15,922 bases of DNA from positions 1 to 15,922 of IMG/VR virus record IMGVR_UViG_3300025360_000021; one strand, written 5' to 3'. Of the stretch, positions 1-7,321 are shown in pieces. The position numbers and the translations under genes were made by a program. Under the pieces are notes generated by a model, which saw only the letters and a program-made list of their open reading frames with translations, searched no databases and had not been told where the DNA came from. Positions within the stretch are counted from its first letter, which is position 1; every line of letters starts with the position of its first letter.

Positions 1-2
1 GT

Positions 3-356
3 TTAATCGTTAATTTCCGTGTCTTTCAACACGCAACTGAGGATTACGCTCATTAGTTCGGCATCGCTCATTTTTGATATTGTACCGTGTGGCAATGCGA
101 ATACCCAACCGTGGTGTAGTTTTGCGTACCAACCACCTAGGTTTTCAGAGACACATAATAACGTCTTATAGATGTCTAGGATCGTTCTAGGGCTAATCCT
201 TTTACCACGTGTTTCCCATAGTCGTTCGTTGAATTTAACGACCTTGTATGAATTGATGTACGTCATGTTGCCACGGTTGTTGGTATCGAAGTAACGAATG
301 ATGTGTAGTGTCCAATACGCAATTTTCTTAACACGCTTGCTATACCTTATCGCCAT
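3..356 (-). CDS. Hypothetical protein, possibly winged-helix DNA-binding
   Basis: Basic ORF of about 117 aa (ATG at 356, GTG at 359), co-oriented downstream of the GT gene. Helix-helix-hairpin pattern (INSYKVVKF...ISPRTILDIYKTL...WYAKLHHGWVFAL) only weakly suggests wHTH. Confidence 0.6.
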   Translation of the reverse strand: MAIRYSKRVKKIAYWTLHIIRYFDTNNRGNMTYINSYKVVKFNERLWETRGKRISPRTILDIYKTLLCVSENLGGWYAKLHHGWVFALPHGTISKMSDAELMSVILSCVLKDTEIND

Positions 357-397
357 CACGTCTTGATCAATTTAAAATAACTAAAAACGTGTAACGC

Positions 398-1477
398 TTA
401 GGATGGGAAGTATTTCTCATGGATCTGCCACAAACGTGGCTTAATGGCTTCCCAAGTGTAGTTTTTCTTGATCCAATCAACGCCTTCCTGAACCTTAGCC
501 CTTACTTCCCTATAATTATTATATATTATTAGGAATTTAATGCAAGCATCATCGGGATCCCACTCGGCGCCTAAGCCATCATGGATCTCATTCCCTGGCA
601 AGACCGTAACCATTTTCTTAGTCTTAACCCACAAGTAACGATCAAGCCCTGGTGGTGTGTACTCGATCCAAGCACCAACGTTGGGCATAAGAACGGGAAC
701 ACCACGACCGAGTGCTTCGAGTCCGCTCATTTCGAAACTACCACCACGGCTTGGTAGTAGAACTAGATCGGCAACATCATAGAGATCGATCAACCAATCC
801 CTGGTTAATTTCCCTTCCACAATGAATGTTTTGTACTTCGTGAAAAACCTAAGCCCTGGATCAGTAAGATCCATTTTCTTAACGACCAACATGTAGTTAA
901 TGTTCAATTTATCGATACAATCAATCAACATTGACGCTAAATCAGCACCTTTACGCCAACCACTATGCCATAAAAAATACAATATCGTGAACACATTCTT
1001 CCGTTGCTTGATTTCGTACAAAAAACGAATCGTTGGATTCTCAGGCTTCCGAGACTCCCTAAACCAATCATTCTCTAATCCATGTGGCACTACATACACT
1101 GGAACCTTAACGCCACTTTGTACATACGCATCGTAAGACCACTTAGAATTCACGATAAAGGCAGTGGCATAATTAGCCATTTCAACTGCCCACTTGGACA
1201 TGTGGTTACTGTCCGCAACATCAACGCCTATTAACACATCAATCTTATCAGTATGGTGCTTAAGCACGGCTTCCTTGATTTCGCCATTCGTTGTCAATGG
1301 ATAAAAGTACGGATGAACATACCCACTGAATTTGCTGTAAGCTGTAATGGAAGGGAAGGCAGTTAGGTGCAATGGTTGCACGTTGTATCTCTCACGAAGC
1401 AACTCGATGTGTTTTTCAGCGATGTATGTAAACGATATCTCACGTTTCATAGGGTACATGTAATACGTAATCCTCAT
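398..1477 (-). CDS. Glycosyltransferase, GT-B fold, family 4 (rudivirus-type)
   Basis: Motifs FIVNSKWS, VYVVPHG, WRKGADL and LYDVADLVLLPSRGGSFEMSGLEALGRGVPVL. ATG at 1477 lies 25 nt from a motif variant at 1503-1515. Confidence 0.92.
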   Translation of the reverse strand: MRITYYMYPMKREISFTYIAEKHIELLRERYNVQPLHLTAFPSITAYSKFSGYVHPYFYPLTTNGEIKEAVLKHHTDKIDVLIGVDVADSNHMSKWAVEMANYATAFIVNSKWSYDAYVQSGVKVPVYVVPHGLENDWFRESRKPENPTIRFLYEIKQRKNVFTILYFLWHSGWRKGADLASMLIDCIDKLNINYMLVVKKMDLTDPGLRFFTKYKTFIVEGKLTRDWLIDLYDVADLVLLPSRGGSFEMSGLEALGRGVPVLMPNVGAWIEYTPPGLDRYLWVKTKKMVTVLPGNEIHDGLGAEWDPDDACIKFLIIYNNYREVRAKVQEGVDWIKKNYTWEAIKPRLWQIHEKYFPS

Positions 1478-1502
1478 CAACGATAGCCATAATAAATAAT
1501 CA

Positions 1503-1515
1503 ATTTGTTTCTAAA
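1503..1515 (-). promoter_or_regulatory. Variant of the conserved upstream motif (TTTAGAAACAAAT)
   Basis: 2 mismatches to ATTAAAAACAAAT; 25 nt before ATG 1477. Confidence 0.6.
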
Positions 1516-1540
1516 AACGAAGAAAAAAGAAAAAAAGAAA
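1513..1540 (-). terminator. Oligo-T terminator of the RHH gene
   Basis: Minus strand reads TTTCTTTTTTTCTTTTTTCTTCGTTTTT about 35 nt after the RHH stop codon, typical of archaeal intrinsic terminators. Confidence 0.6.
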
Positions 1541-1575
1541 GGATGATTTTGACGTGGGGCTAGGGGCTAGGGAAC

Positions 1576-1788
1576 CTACCTACCAGGAATCAATATTTGT
1601 CGTAACTCCATTTCATGTTGTTTCAGTCCACTCTCCCTAAAGATCAGATCCCTCACGGCTATCCTAATGGCTTCACTCCTGCTAGGGAACCTACCCTGCC
1701 TAACGAGTTCATCTAACTCTTGCAACATTTGTTTTGGCAGGTGCACGCTTATCAGTATCATTTTATCTTTTGACACCATTCTAGGCAT
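1576..1788 (-). CDS. Ribbon-helix-helix (CopG/Arc/MetJ) transcriptional regulator
   Basis: LISVHLPKQMLQELDELVRQGRFPSRSEAIRIAVRDLI is a textbook archaeal CopG-type RHH. A TATA-like CTTAAAAAT lies about 22-30 nt upstream. Confidence 0.92.
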   Translation of the reverse strand: MPRMVSKDKMILISVHLPKQMLQELDELVRQGRFPSRSEAIRIAVRDLIFRESGLKQHEMELRQILIPGR

Positions 1789-1809
1789 CGAAGAACAATA
1801 CTACATTCT

Positions 1810-1818
1810 ATTTTTAAG
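1810..1818 (-). promoter_or_regulatory. TATA box of the RHH gene (leaderless spacing)
   Basis: CTTAAAAAT on the minus strand at about -30 to -22 from ATG 1788. Confidence 0.5.
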
Positions 1819-1885
1819 CATTACCCATTTATATACCGCAAGCAAGATATCTAAGAAGTAACGATTAAGGTAACCCAAAAGGGAA

Positions 1886-1900
1886 GAAAGATTTATAAAT
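1886..1900 (+). promoter_or_regulatory. Canonical archaeal BRE-TATA promoter
   Basis: GAAAG-ATTTATAAAT upstream of a GGTGA Shine-Dalgarno (1922-1926) and ATG 1932; divergent from the RHH gene. Confidence 0.7.
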
Positions 1901-1931
1901 AAGTGGGTGCACCTTAGTCTTGGTGAAAAAG

Positions 1932-2384
1932 ATGGCAAACCAAACCCAAACAAACAACGTACAAACCCAAACCCAGTGGAAGCGAATTAAAATACCTGCC
2001 AACGCCTTCGAGTTTGTTAAATCGAGAGCGCAAGCCAGGAAGATGCCAATGTGGCAGTATATAACATCATGCATTAACTTTTATGAGACTTCGATGTCTG
2101 ATAAAATAGTGGCAGATAAAACGAAGTTACAAAACGCTAGTTACTATAGCGTTAAGTTGATATTAGCCGTTTCCCAATTCATCCACGAACCAAACGACAA
2201 AACATATGAGAACGCCAGGAAAATAATCAATCAAATAGCCACCAGGAAGCACATTGACGTTAAAGCCTTATCCCAATTAGTGGACATGTATAGGGCACGT
2301 AGAAAGAGATCATATGTACGTGCTATGGAACAAGAACTCATTAGGATTAACGTAGAATTGATGGCAGGTGGTGGGAATGCGTAA
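1932..2384 (+). CDS. Protein with N-terminal RHH-like DNA-binding domain and helical C-terminal domain
   Basis: WKRIKIPANAFEFVKSRAQARKMPMWQYITSCINFYE fits a strand-helix-helix RHH pattern. GGTGA precedes ATG 1932, so the start is shortened from 1920. Confidence 0.75.
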   Translation: MANQTQTNNVQTQTQWKRIKIPANAFEFVKSRAQARKMPMWQYITSCINFYETSMSDKIVADKTKLQNASYYSVKLILAVSQFIHEPNDKTYENARKIINQIATRKHIDVKALSQLVDMYRARRKRSYVRAMEQELIRINVELMAGGGNA

Positions 2385-2643
2385 GGTTAAAGAGATTGAC
2401 ATAACCAGTGATGGGCTTTACTTTGTGGTAAAGACTAAAGAGGGCTTATGGGCTTTTGTTGATGCTGAAGATAGGGAAGTTGTCTTGGGTAACAGTATTG
2501 AGGATGTTATTGCTAAGTTCTATAGTTCAATATCTAGTGATGTTGTGAAACGTGAGGATGTTAAGATCAACGTATTGGATAATGATAAGGCAATAGTTTG
2601 CGTAAAAGATGATTGTTGGGAGTGTAGTGTTGAATTAGAGTGA
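2377..2643 (+). CDS. Small acidic hypothetical protein (HicB-like beta-beta-beta-alpha motif possible)
   Basis: GGTGGTGG SD before ATG 2377; overlaps the upstream stop. VVLGNSIEDVIAK resembles the GxTxEEA motif; three C-terminal Cys. Confidence 0.7.
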   Translation: MRKVKEIDITSDGLYFVVKTKEGLWAFVDAEDREVVLGNSIEDVIAKFYSSISSDVVKREDVKINVLDNDKAIVCVKDDCWECSVELE

Positions 2644-2652
2644 GTGGTTATT

Positions 2653-2946
2653 ATGGATGTTAAATTCAAAATATTCCTTATTTCCACAATCCTTAACCTT
2701 ATGGATTTATTAACGTCATTCGTTGCGTTTAGGCTAGGTTTTGTTGAATTGAATAAGTGGATGGCTATGTTCCACAATAGTTATGTATCTGCCACGGTGG
2801 CAGTAGTATTGTTTGAACTAATCCTGTTAGGATGGTATGTACTATCCAGGTATATCGATCAGGCAAAGTACGGGATGCTTGTGTTTGGTTTGACTAAGCT
2901 TTACCCTATCATTAACAATATACTACTGATCCTTACTTCTTTTTGA
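2653..2946 (+). CDS. Small membrane protein with three hydrophobic segments, DUF5658-like
   Basis: Three hydrophobic stretches and the motif LNLMDLLTSFVAFRLGFVELNKWM (D..T......G..E.N), recalled as the DUF5658 signature. Confidence 0.72.
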   Translation: MDVKFKIFLISTILNLMDLLTSFVAFRLGFVELNKWMAMFHNSYVSATVAVVLFELILLGWYVLSRYIDQAKYGMLVFGLTKLYPIINNILLILTSF

Positions 2947-3163
2947 GTGAAACCATTATCGCCAGTCCATTCTGTTGTATCTGTGTTTTTACGTCAAAGT
3001 CATTCCCAAGCATTTCCTTGATCACGGTTTCCAACTTACCTGGATCTATGCCGTCCAACTTAATGAACATGTACCCCTGGTGCAACCTGAAGATGTTCAC
3101 TACGAAGTTCGCTATCATGTTCACATGCATGTCCTGGATTATACCACTCAAATCGATACTCAT
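2933..3163 (-). CDS. Small alpha/beta hypothetical protein
   Basis: 76-aa ORF; ATG 25 nt downstream of an exact motif copy; converges on and overlaps the membrane-protein gene by 14 nt. Confidence 0.75.
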   Translation of the reverse strand: MSIDLSGIIQDMHVNMIANFVVNIFRLHQGYMFIKLDGIDPGKLETVIKEMLGNDFDVKTQIQQNGLAIMVSLKKK

Positions 3164-3188
3164 ACAGTTTTCACCACAATTAATTATT

Positions 3189-3201
3189 ATTTGTTTTTAA
3201 T
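3189..3201 (-). promoter_or_regulatory. Conserved upstream motif ATTAAAAACAAAT
   Basis: Exact copy; overlaps the stop of the upstream gene; 25 nt to ATG 3163. Confidence 0.8.
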
Positions 3202-3427
3202 CAAGTCTTGGTATCTTATCAGCAACGTTCCTAATCCTAATGACAATCACAACATCGTTGTTATCATACGATACATCTATGTTGTGATCCACGGAATACA
3301 AGTACTTATGTGCATACGATACTAAGCCTGTTATCAAGTTTTTGTACGAAGTAATCATTCCAGACAGCACGTACACCTTATCCCTTGTGTTGATCATATT
3401 GTTTGTCTTATCGTTTATCTTCCTCAC
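3197..3427 (-). CDS. Small alpha/beta hypothetical protein
   Basis: ORF flanked by motif copies on both sides. GTG at 3427 gives a 23-nt spacing; TTG at 3433 would give 17 nt. Confidence 0.68.
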   Translation of the reverse strand: MRKINDKTNNMINTRDKVYVLSGMITSYKNLITGLVSYAHKYLYSVDHNIDVSYDNNDVVIVIRIRNVADKIPRLD

Positions 3428-3450
3428 AAGCAATGTGTACGTAACTAATT

Positions 3451-3463
3451 ATTTGTTTTTAAT
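3451..3463 (-). promoter_or_regulatory. Conserved upstream motif ATTAAAAACAAAT
   Basis: Exact copy; 3448-3467 is identical over 20 bp to 3186-3205. Confidence 0.8.
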
Positions 3464-3500
3464 CAAGACAGTGCTAGGGTTCGTGTTCTGTATCGTGTAG

Positions 3501-3570
3501 GTAACTATGTGTAACCTATAGTTACTACGTATTACTACGTATTATATTGTATAACTACGTGTGTATTTGT
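3501..3570. repeat. Degenerate 10-bp-period tandem array (consensus RTWACTAYGT)
   Basis: gtaactatgt/gtaacctata/gttactacgt/attactacgt/attatattgt/ataactacgt/gtgtatttgt in the non-coding gap between divergent promoters. Confidence 0.7.
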
Positions 3571-3593
3571 AAAAATGAGGATTGGACACGTTG

Positions 3594-3606
3594 ATTAAAA
3601 ATAAAT
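3594..3606 (+). promoter_or_regulatory. Motif variant ATTAAAAATAAAT upstream of the capsid gene
   Basis: 1 mismatch to consensus; 29 nt to ATG 3636. Confidence 0.72.
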
Positions 3607-3635
3607 TAATGTTTGCCTATGGAAACGTGACCAAT

Positions 3636-4022
3636 ATGGCTAGAGGGAGAGGCCTACCTAAGCCTGGAAATTCGAGGCTAGCGAAGTGGCAGGCTAAGTA
3701 CGATCCAACGGTAGTGCAAACAAGGTTCACTGAGGTACAGCCAGTTGCCGTAAGTAGGGCACAGGAGGGTATAGTAAGTATCGCAAACGTGCAATCTCTG
3801 ATAGGTGGCGTACTTGATCAGTACGGTATCGCAGGTCCAATGAGGGCAACATACATCGCCTTCGGCGAAAAGGTTTGGCACGCAACACAAAGGCTAACTG
3901 GGCAAGCGCTTGCTAACGAGGTGAATGGTCTCACGTCATACTTCCAAACCGCATTCGGTGCTAACCCAACAATACTACAGGCAATAGCCCAAGCCCTTGG
4001 CGTCAGCGGTTTGACTTACTAA
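3636..4022 (+). CDS. Major capsid protein, rudivirus (SIRV2 P134-like) fold
   Basis: 128 aa. R.AKWQAK, VL.QYGI.GP.RA.Y..FG.KV, G.AL.N..NGL..Y...AF.ANP.IL match the SIRV coat protein as recalled. Start set at MARGRG. Confidence 0.92.
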   Translation: MARGRGLPKPGNSRLAKWQAKYDPTVVQTRFTEVQPVAVSRAQEGIVSIANVQSLIGGVLDQYGIAGPMRATYIAFGEKVWHATQRLTGQALANEVNGLTSYFQTAFGANPTILQAIAQALGVSGLTY

Positions 4023-4051
4023 TGACGTAATATAGCGTAAATCGTTTCAAA

Positions 4052-4064
4052 ATTAAAAACAAAT
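4052..4064 (+). promoter_or_regulatory. Conserved upstream motif ATTAAAAACAAAT
   Basis: Exact copy; 24 nt to ATG 4089. Confidence 0.8.
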
Positions 4065-4084
4065 TTTGTTTTTTCCTTTTTCCT
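4064..4084 (+). terminator. Probable oligo-T terminator of the capsid transcript
   Basis: TTTTGTTTTTTCCTTTTTCCT about 40 nt after the capsid stop, nested within the next gene's promoter region. Confidence 0.5.
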
Positions 4085-4088
4085 CACG

Positions 4089-5138
4089 ATGAAGGTACTC
4101 ATAATACACGCTAAATCACCTAGCCTAGCCACAGTAGCTAATCACTTAGCTAAGGTTGGTAGATCAATAGGGCACGATGTTAGGGTAATGAGTGACTACG
4201 TCCACCAGGACTTTCTTTTCTACAGACCAGACTCAATAATATGGATCGAACCTGTCAATGTTCCTATGAGTTCACGTTATGCAGGGCAGTATTCAACGAA
4301 CAAAATCTACGCAAAGTGGTTAAAGCAATTGTGGTATGGTACGTGTGAGGGTACGCCTTATGGCGAACCTGCCAAGTACCCTGCCTGGTATCAAATAGAC
4401 TTTATTGCAAACAGCTTATTCACGGCTAATAAGCTTACGGAAGTCAATTACCACGTGATTGACATTGTTCATCACGCTTATGATCCAGATGAAAATAAGG
4501 AAGCGATTGAGTATGCGGATTTCCTTAGGAAAAAGGTTGAGCGTGATTTTTCGGGTAAGGTTATATTTGCAATTGCGGAAGGTGCTCATAAGAGAAAAGG
4601 ATGGGAGAAATTGATCCAAGCACTAAAACTAATACCAGACAACATTAGGGAGAAATTCGTGATATTGGCGATAGCACATAAATCCACGATTGATAAGGTA
4701 CTTCCAGATGCGCCTAAAAAGTCAATCTATGTTGTTGGGCAGTTTGGCGAAATGGCTAGGAAGCAAGTCCTAGCCTTATTCGCAATCGCCGATTACGTCT
4801 TGGTTCCATCGCTTGCGGAAGGGTTTGGACTGCCCGTGTTGGAAGCCAATAGTTTGGGCAGGTTGGGTATTTTCGTGAACATGGAACCATACAACGAATT
4901 TGCCGATACTAAAGCCAACATCACATTCCCTTGGGATACAATCAAGGAAGTGATTGACAACGGCGTTGAATTTGAGTTACACGACTACGATCCACAGTAC
5001 CTAGCTGATGCCATTATCGAGGCAGTGGATATGGCTAAGAGCGGTGAATATGAGGAAAGAGCTAAGCGTGCTTACGAAGCCGTTAAGGACATGACAATTA
5101 CAAACTTATACAGCAAAATCATTAAGTACATCGAGTGA
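4089..5138 (+). CDS. Glycosyltransferase, GT-B fold, family 4
   Basis: FIANSLFT, HKRKGWEKLIQA and ADYVLVPSLAEGFGLPVLEANSLG with an intact EX7E motif; adjacent to the capsid gene as in SIRV-type viruses. Confidence 0.93.
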   Translation: MKVLIIHAKSPSLATVANHLAKVGRSIGHDVRVMSDYVHQDFLFYRPDSIIWIEPVNVPMSSRYAGQYSTNKIYAKWLKQLWYGTCEGTPYGEPAKYPAWYQIDFIANSLFTANKLTEVNYHVIDIVHHAYDPDENKEAIEYADFLRKKVERDFSGKVIFAIAEGAHKRKGWEKLIQALKLIPDNIREKFVILAIAHKSTIDKVLPDAPKKSIYVVGQFGEMARKQVLALFAIADYVLVPSLAEGFGLPVLEANSLGRLGIFVNMEPYNEFADTKANITFPWDTIKEVIDNGVEFELHDYDPQYLADAIIEAVDMAKSGEYEERAKRAYEAVKDMTITNLYSKIIKYIE

Positions 5139-5144
5139 GTAGTC

Positions 5145-6404
5145 GTGTCCGTAGTCCAATCGTACAGTCTCTTCGAGACAGGTGGCGTGGATCAACCAAA
5201 AGTCATCCTGAACAATAAGCAGTATGCACCGATACTACCGCTCAGGTTCCCAATACAGTTCTTCCCGTTCAACTTCGTGATGGAAGTATCATTACTGCTT
5301 GATTTTTTGTTCAACATTAATTTCAACGTGTTGATAGAACTCAATCAATACACGTTACAAGGTATTCAGTTAATGATCCCACAGTTCCAGGTACCACAAA
5401 TCAGTTTACCATCAACTGAGCAATTGAGTAAGTGCTATTACGGACAATCAACATTCGATAATTGCTATTATGATCCAGGTTTCACAATCAATAAGGTAAG
5501 GGATTACCTACGTAGTGCAATCAACAAAGTCAGTAGGAACATGTCCACTCCCAACTTCCTAAGCGGATTGGACTACCCTGATTGGTTCCAGTACTACGCA
5601 AATAGGATACTAAACACGGCAATACAGACGTTAGAGAAAACCGTGATTCTTGATCTAGCGTTGTTTGATTTCTCGGAGTTTAGTTCCGAGACTGAGGATG
5701 GTAATACGTACTTGCCGTTTCAGTGGCTAACAACGAATCCCGAGTTGAACCAACAAATTGAGTATCCCGAATTTGTTTTTGTGGATGACTTGATGTGGGG
5801 CACGGTACTCGATTGGATGTACCTTGATCTATCGATTTTCACGTCACACGAAACATCAATCCTTGGCGAACCGTATGCGCAATTCATGGATGCCGTAATC
5901 GATGCAATAATGAGTAACTACAACCCGTTCCGAACGGCAACGAAGCTTGCGTTCATTGATCCATCGATACCATCCATACCCATACCACCAACGCTAACGG
6001 AATTATTCGCCGAAGCGTTTCCACAGATCATGGAGAATGCACCATTTGCGCCATTAACGGCACGTGCTGAACGTTGGGGCAGGGCTATGGATCTAATCAA
6101 GACAATCAGGAGGACTGTTAGGAATATGTTGATGAACGTGGTTGCTAACCCAATCTTGATCAACGCCTATGAGGACGCTAGTGTTGAGTATTGCATGGCT
6201 TTTCATCACAACCACAATAGGACACGTTACCTGGCGTGGAAGGGTGTTGGTCTTGAAACGTTTAATAAGGCATGGCTTAGTAAGTGGGTAGGGATGGGTT
6301 TAGATCCGAATATCTTAAATAACTTGTTAAATATACTGAGCACAGTATGTCCGAGACAAATAGCGGGATTCAAGGGAGTGGACAGCCCGTTAGCCAATCA
6401 ATAA
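5145..6404 (+). CDS. Probable minor virion protein with a C-terminal capsid-protein-like helical domain
   Basis: 419-aa acidic/aromatic ORF in the structural operon. Contains CYYGQSTFDNCYYDP, two LDxxx(F/L)DxSxF repeats and a C-terminal KWVGMGLDPNILNNL resembling the capsid's FQTAFGANPTILQAI. Confidence 0.72.
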   Translation: MSVVQSYSLFETGGVDQPKVILNNKQYAPILPLRFPIQFFPFNFVMEVSLLLDFLFNINFNVLIELNQYTLQGIQLMIPQFQVPQISLPSTEQLSKCYYGQSTFDNCYYDPGFTINKVRDYLRSAINKVSRNMSTPNFLSGLDYPDWFQYYANRILNTAIQTLEKTVILDLALFDFSEFSSETEDGNTYLPFQWLTTNPELNQQIEYPEFVFVDDLMWGTVLDWMYLDLSIFTSHETSILGEPYAQFMDAVIDAIMSNYNPFRTATKLAFIDPSIPSIPIPPTLTELFAEAFPQIMENAPFAPLTARAERWGRAMDLIKTIRRTVRNMLMNVVANPILINAYEDASVEYCMAFHHNHNRTRYLAWKGVGLETFNKAWLSKWVGMGLDPNILNNLLNILSTVCPRQIAGFKGVDSPLANQ

Positions 6405-6616
6405 TACCACCAATAACGCAACCACAGACGCCAATTGATCCAAAAGCCAAGGCGTTTACGGACAAGCTTATGGAACTCATCGGCGAAGTCTATACGTTGT
6501 CCTTAGAGATAGCATCGATAGATGATCCAAACCTACTTAATCACCCAGTCGTAAAGCAAGCCCGTAAAGTTGTGGCTAAGGTTAAGGAACTTAAGGATGT
6601 GTTGGGTACTAAGTGA
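6347..6616 (+). CDS. Small helical-hairpin hypothetical protein
   Basis: 89 aa; Pro/Gln-rich N-terminus overlapping the upstream gene by 58 nt, then two amphipathic helices; followed by a motif copy. Confidence 0.78.
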   Translation: MSETNSGIQGSGQPVSQSIIPPITQPQTPIDPKAKAFTDKLMELIGEVYTLSLEIASIDDPNLLNHPVVKQARKVVAKVKELKDVLGTK

Positions 6617-6630
6617 TTGATTCCTTACCT

Positions 6631-6643
6631 ATTAAAAACAAAT
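6631..6643 (+). promoter_or_regulatory. Conserved upstream motif ATTAAAAACAAAT
   Basis: Exact copy; 25 nt to ATG 6669. Confidence 0.8.
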
Positions 6644-6668
6644 TATAATTAATTGTTTTTTCCACTCG

Positions 6669-7310
6669 ATGTCAATATTTGGTGTTCCATTTAAACAGCC
6701 ATTCCAACGACTCAGGGCTAGTGATTGGAATGCGGTAGTCATGGCACTCGATTATTTATACATGATTGATTCACAATTATTCTACGACCTAACGTCTGGA
6801 ACATTCACACCATACTTCGATGAACTATACACAGCTAGTAGTGCATTCTTTGGGAATGAAATCTACGTGGAAGGGTATAAGGTGTTGCACGACTTGGATC
6901 CAATCTACATTGCATCATTCTTACAGGGTGCTGTCAATCAAATCTACAACTACATATCCGTTTACTTAATCAACATACAGAACACGGTTCAACAAATACA
7001 ATCAACGGTTCAAAACATCAAGCTTTATGCTAGCCCAACGGCATTACAATCATTCGTACTTGCCGTAACGACTACGCCAACGACGTTGGTTAGTTCATCA
7101 ACACCGATTAAGCGTGCATTGTTGTTCGTTACTACGGATACGACTTATGTGGTCTATATAGGTGGCGCAAGCGGACAGCACTTCCCAATACCACCAGGTG
7201 GGCAGATTGAGGTTGATGTTTGTGATGCAATACAGATCTATCTTAGGTCTGAGAACTATAGTTACGTCAGGGTGTTGCTTGAATTAACGAGTCAATCAAC
7301 GTGTAATTAA
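6669..7310 (+). CDS. Putative fibre/terminal-structure protein (SDWN motif, short coiled coil, C-terminal beta-sandwich)
   Basis: LRASDWNAVVMAL near the N-terminus, heptads IQNTVQQIQSTVQNI, and a beta-rich end (VVYIGG...FPIPPGGQIEV...IYL...VRVLLE). Confidence 0.72.
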   Translation: MSIFGVPFKQPFQRLRASDWNAVVMALDYLYMIDSQLFYDLTSGTFTPYFDELYTASSAFFGNEIYVEGYKVLHDLDPIYIASFLQGAVNQIYNYISVYLINIQNTVQQIQSTVQNIKLYASPTALQSFVLAVTTTPTTLVSSSTPIKRALLFVTTDTTYVVYIGGASGQHFPIPPGGQIEVDVCDAIQIYLRSENYSYVRVLLELTSQSTCN

Positions 7311-7321
7311 GGCGATAGCTG

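Noticed and set aside
3582-3635. N-terminal extension of the capsid ORF from TTG 3582
   Set aside because: It runs through the promoter motif; similarity to SIRV coat protein and to the mini-paralogue starts at ATG 3636.
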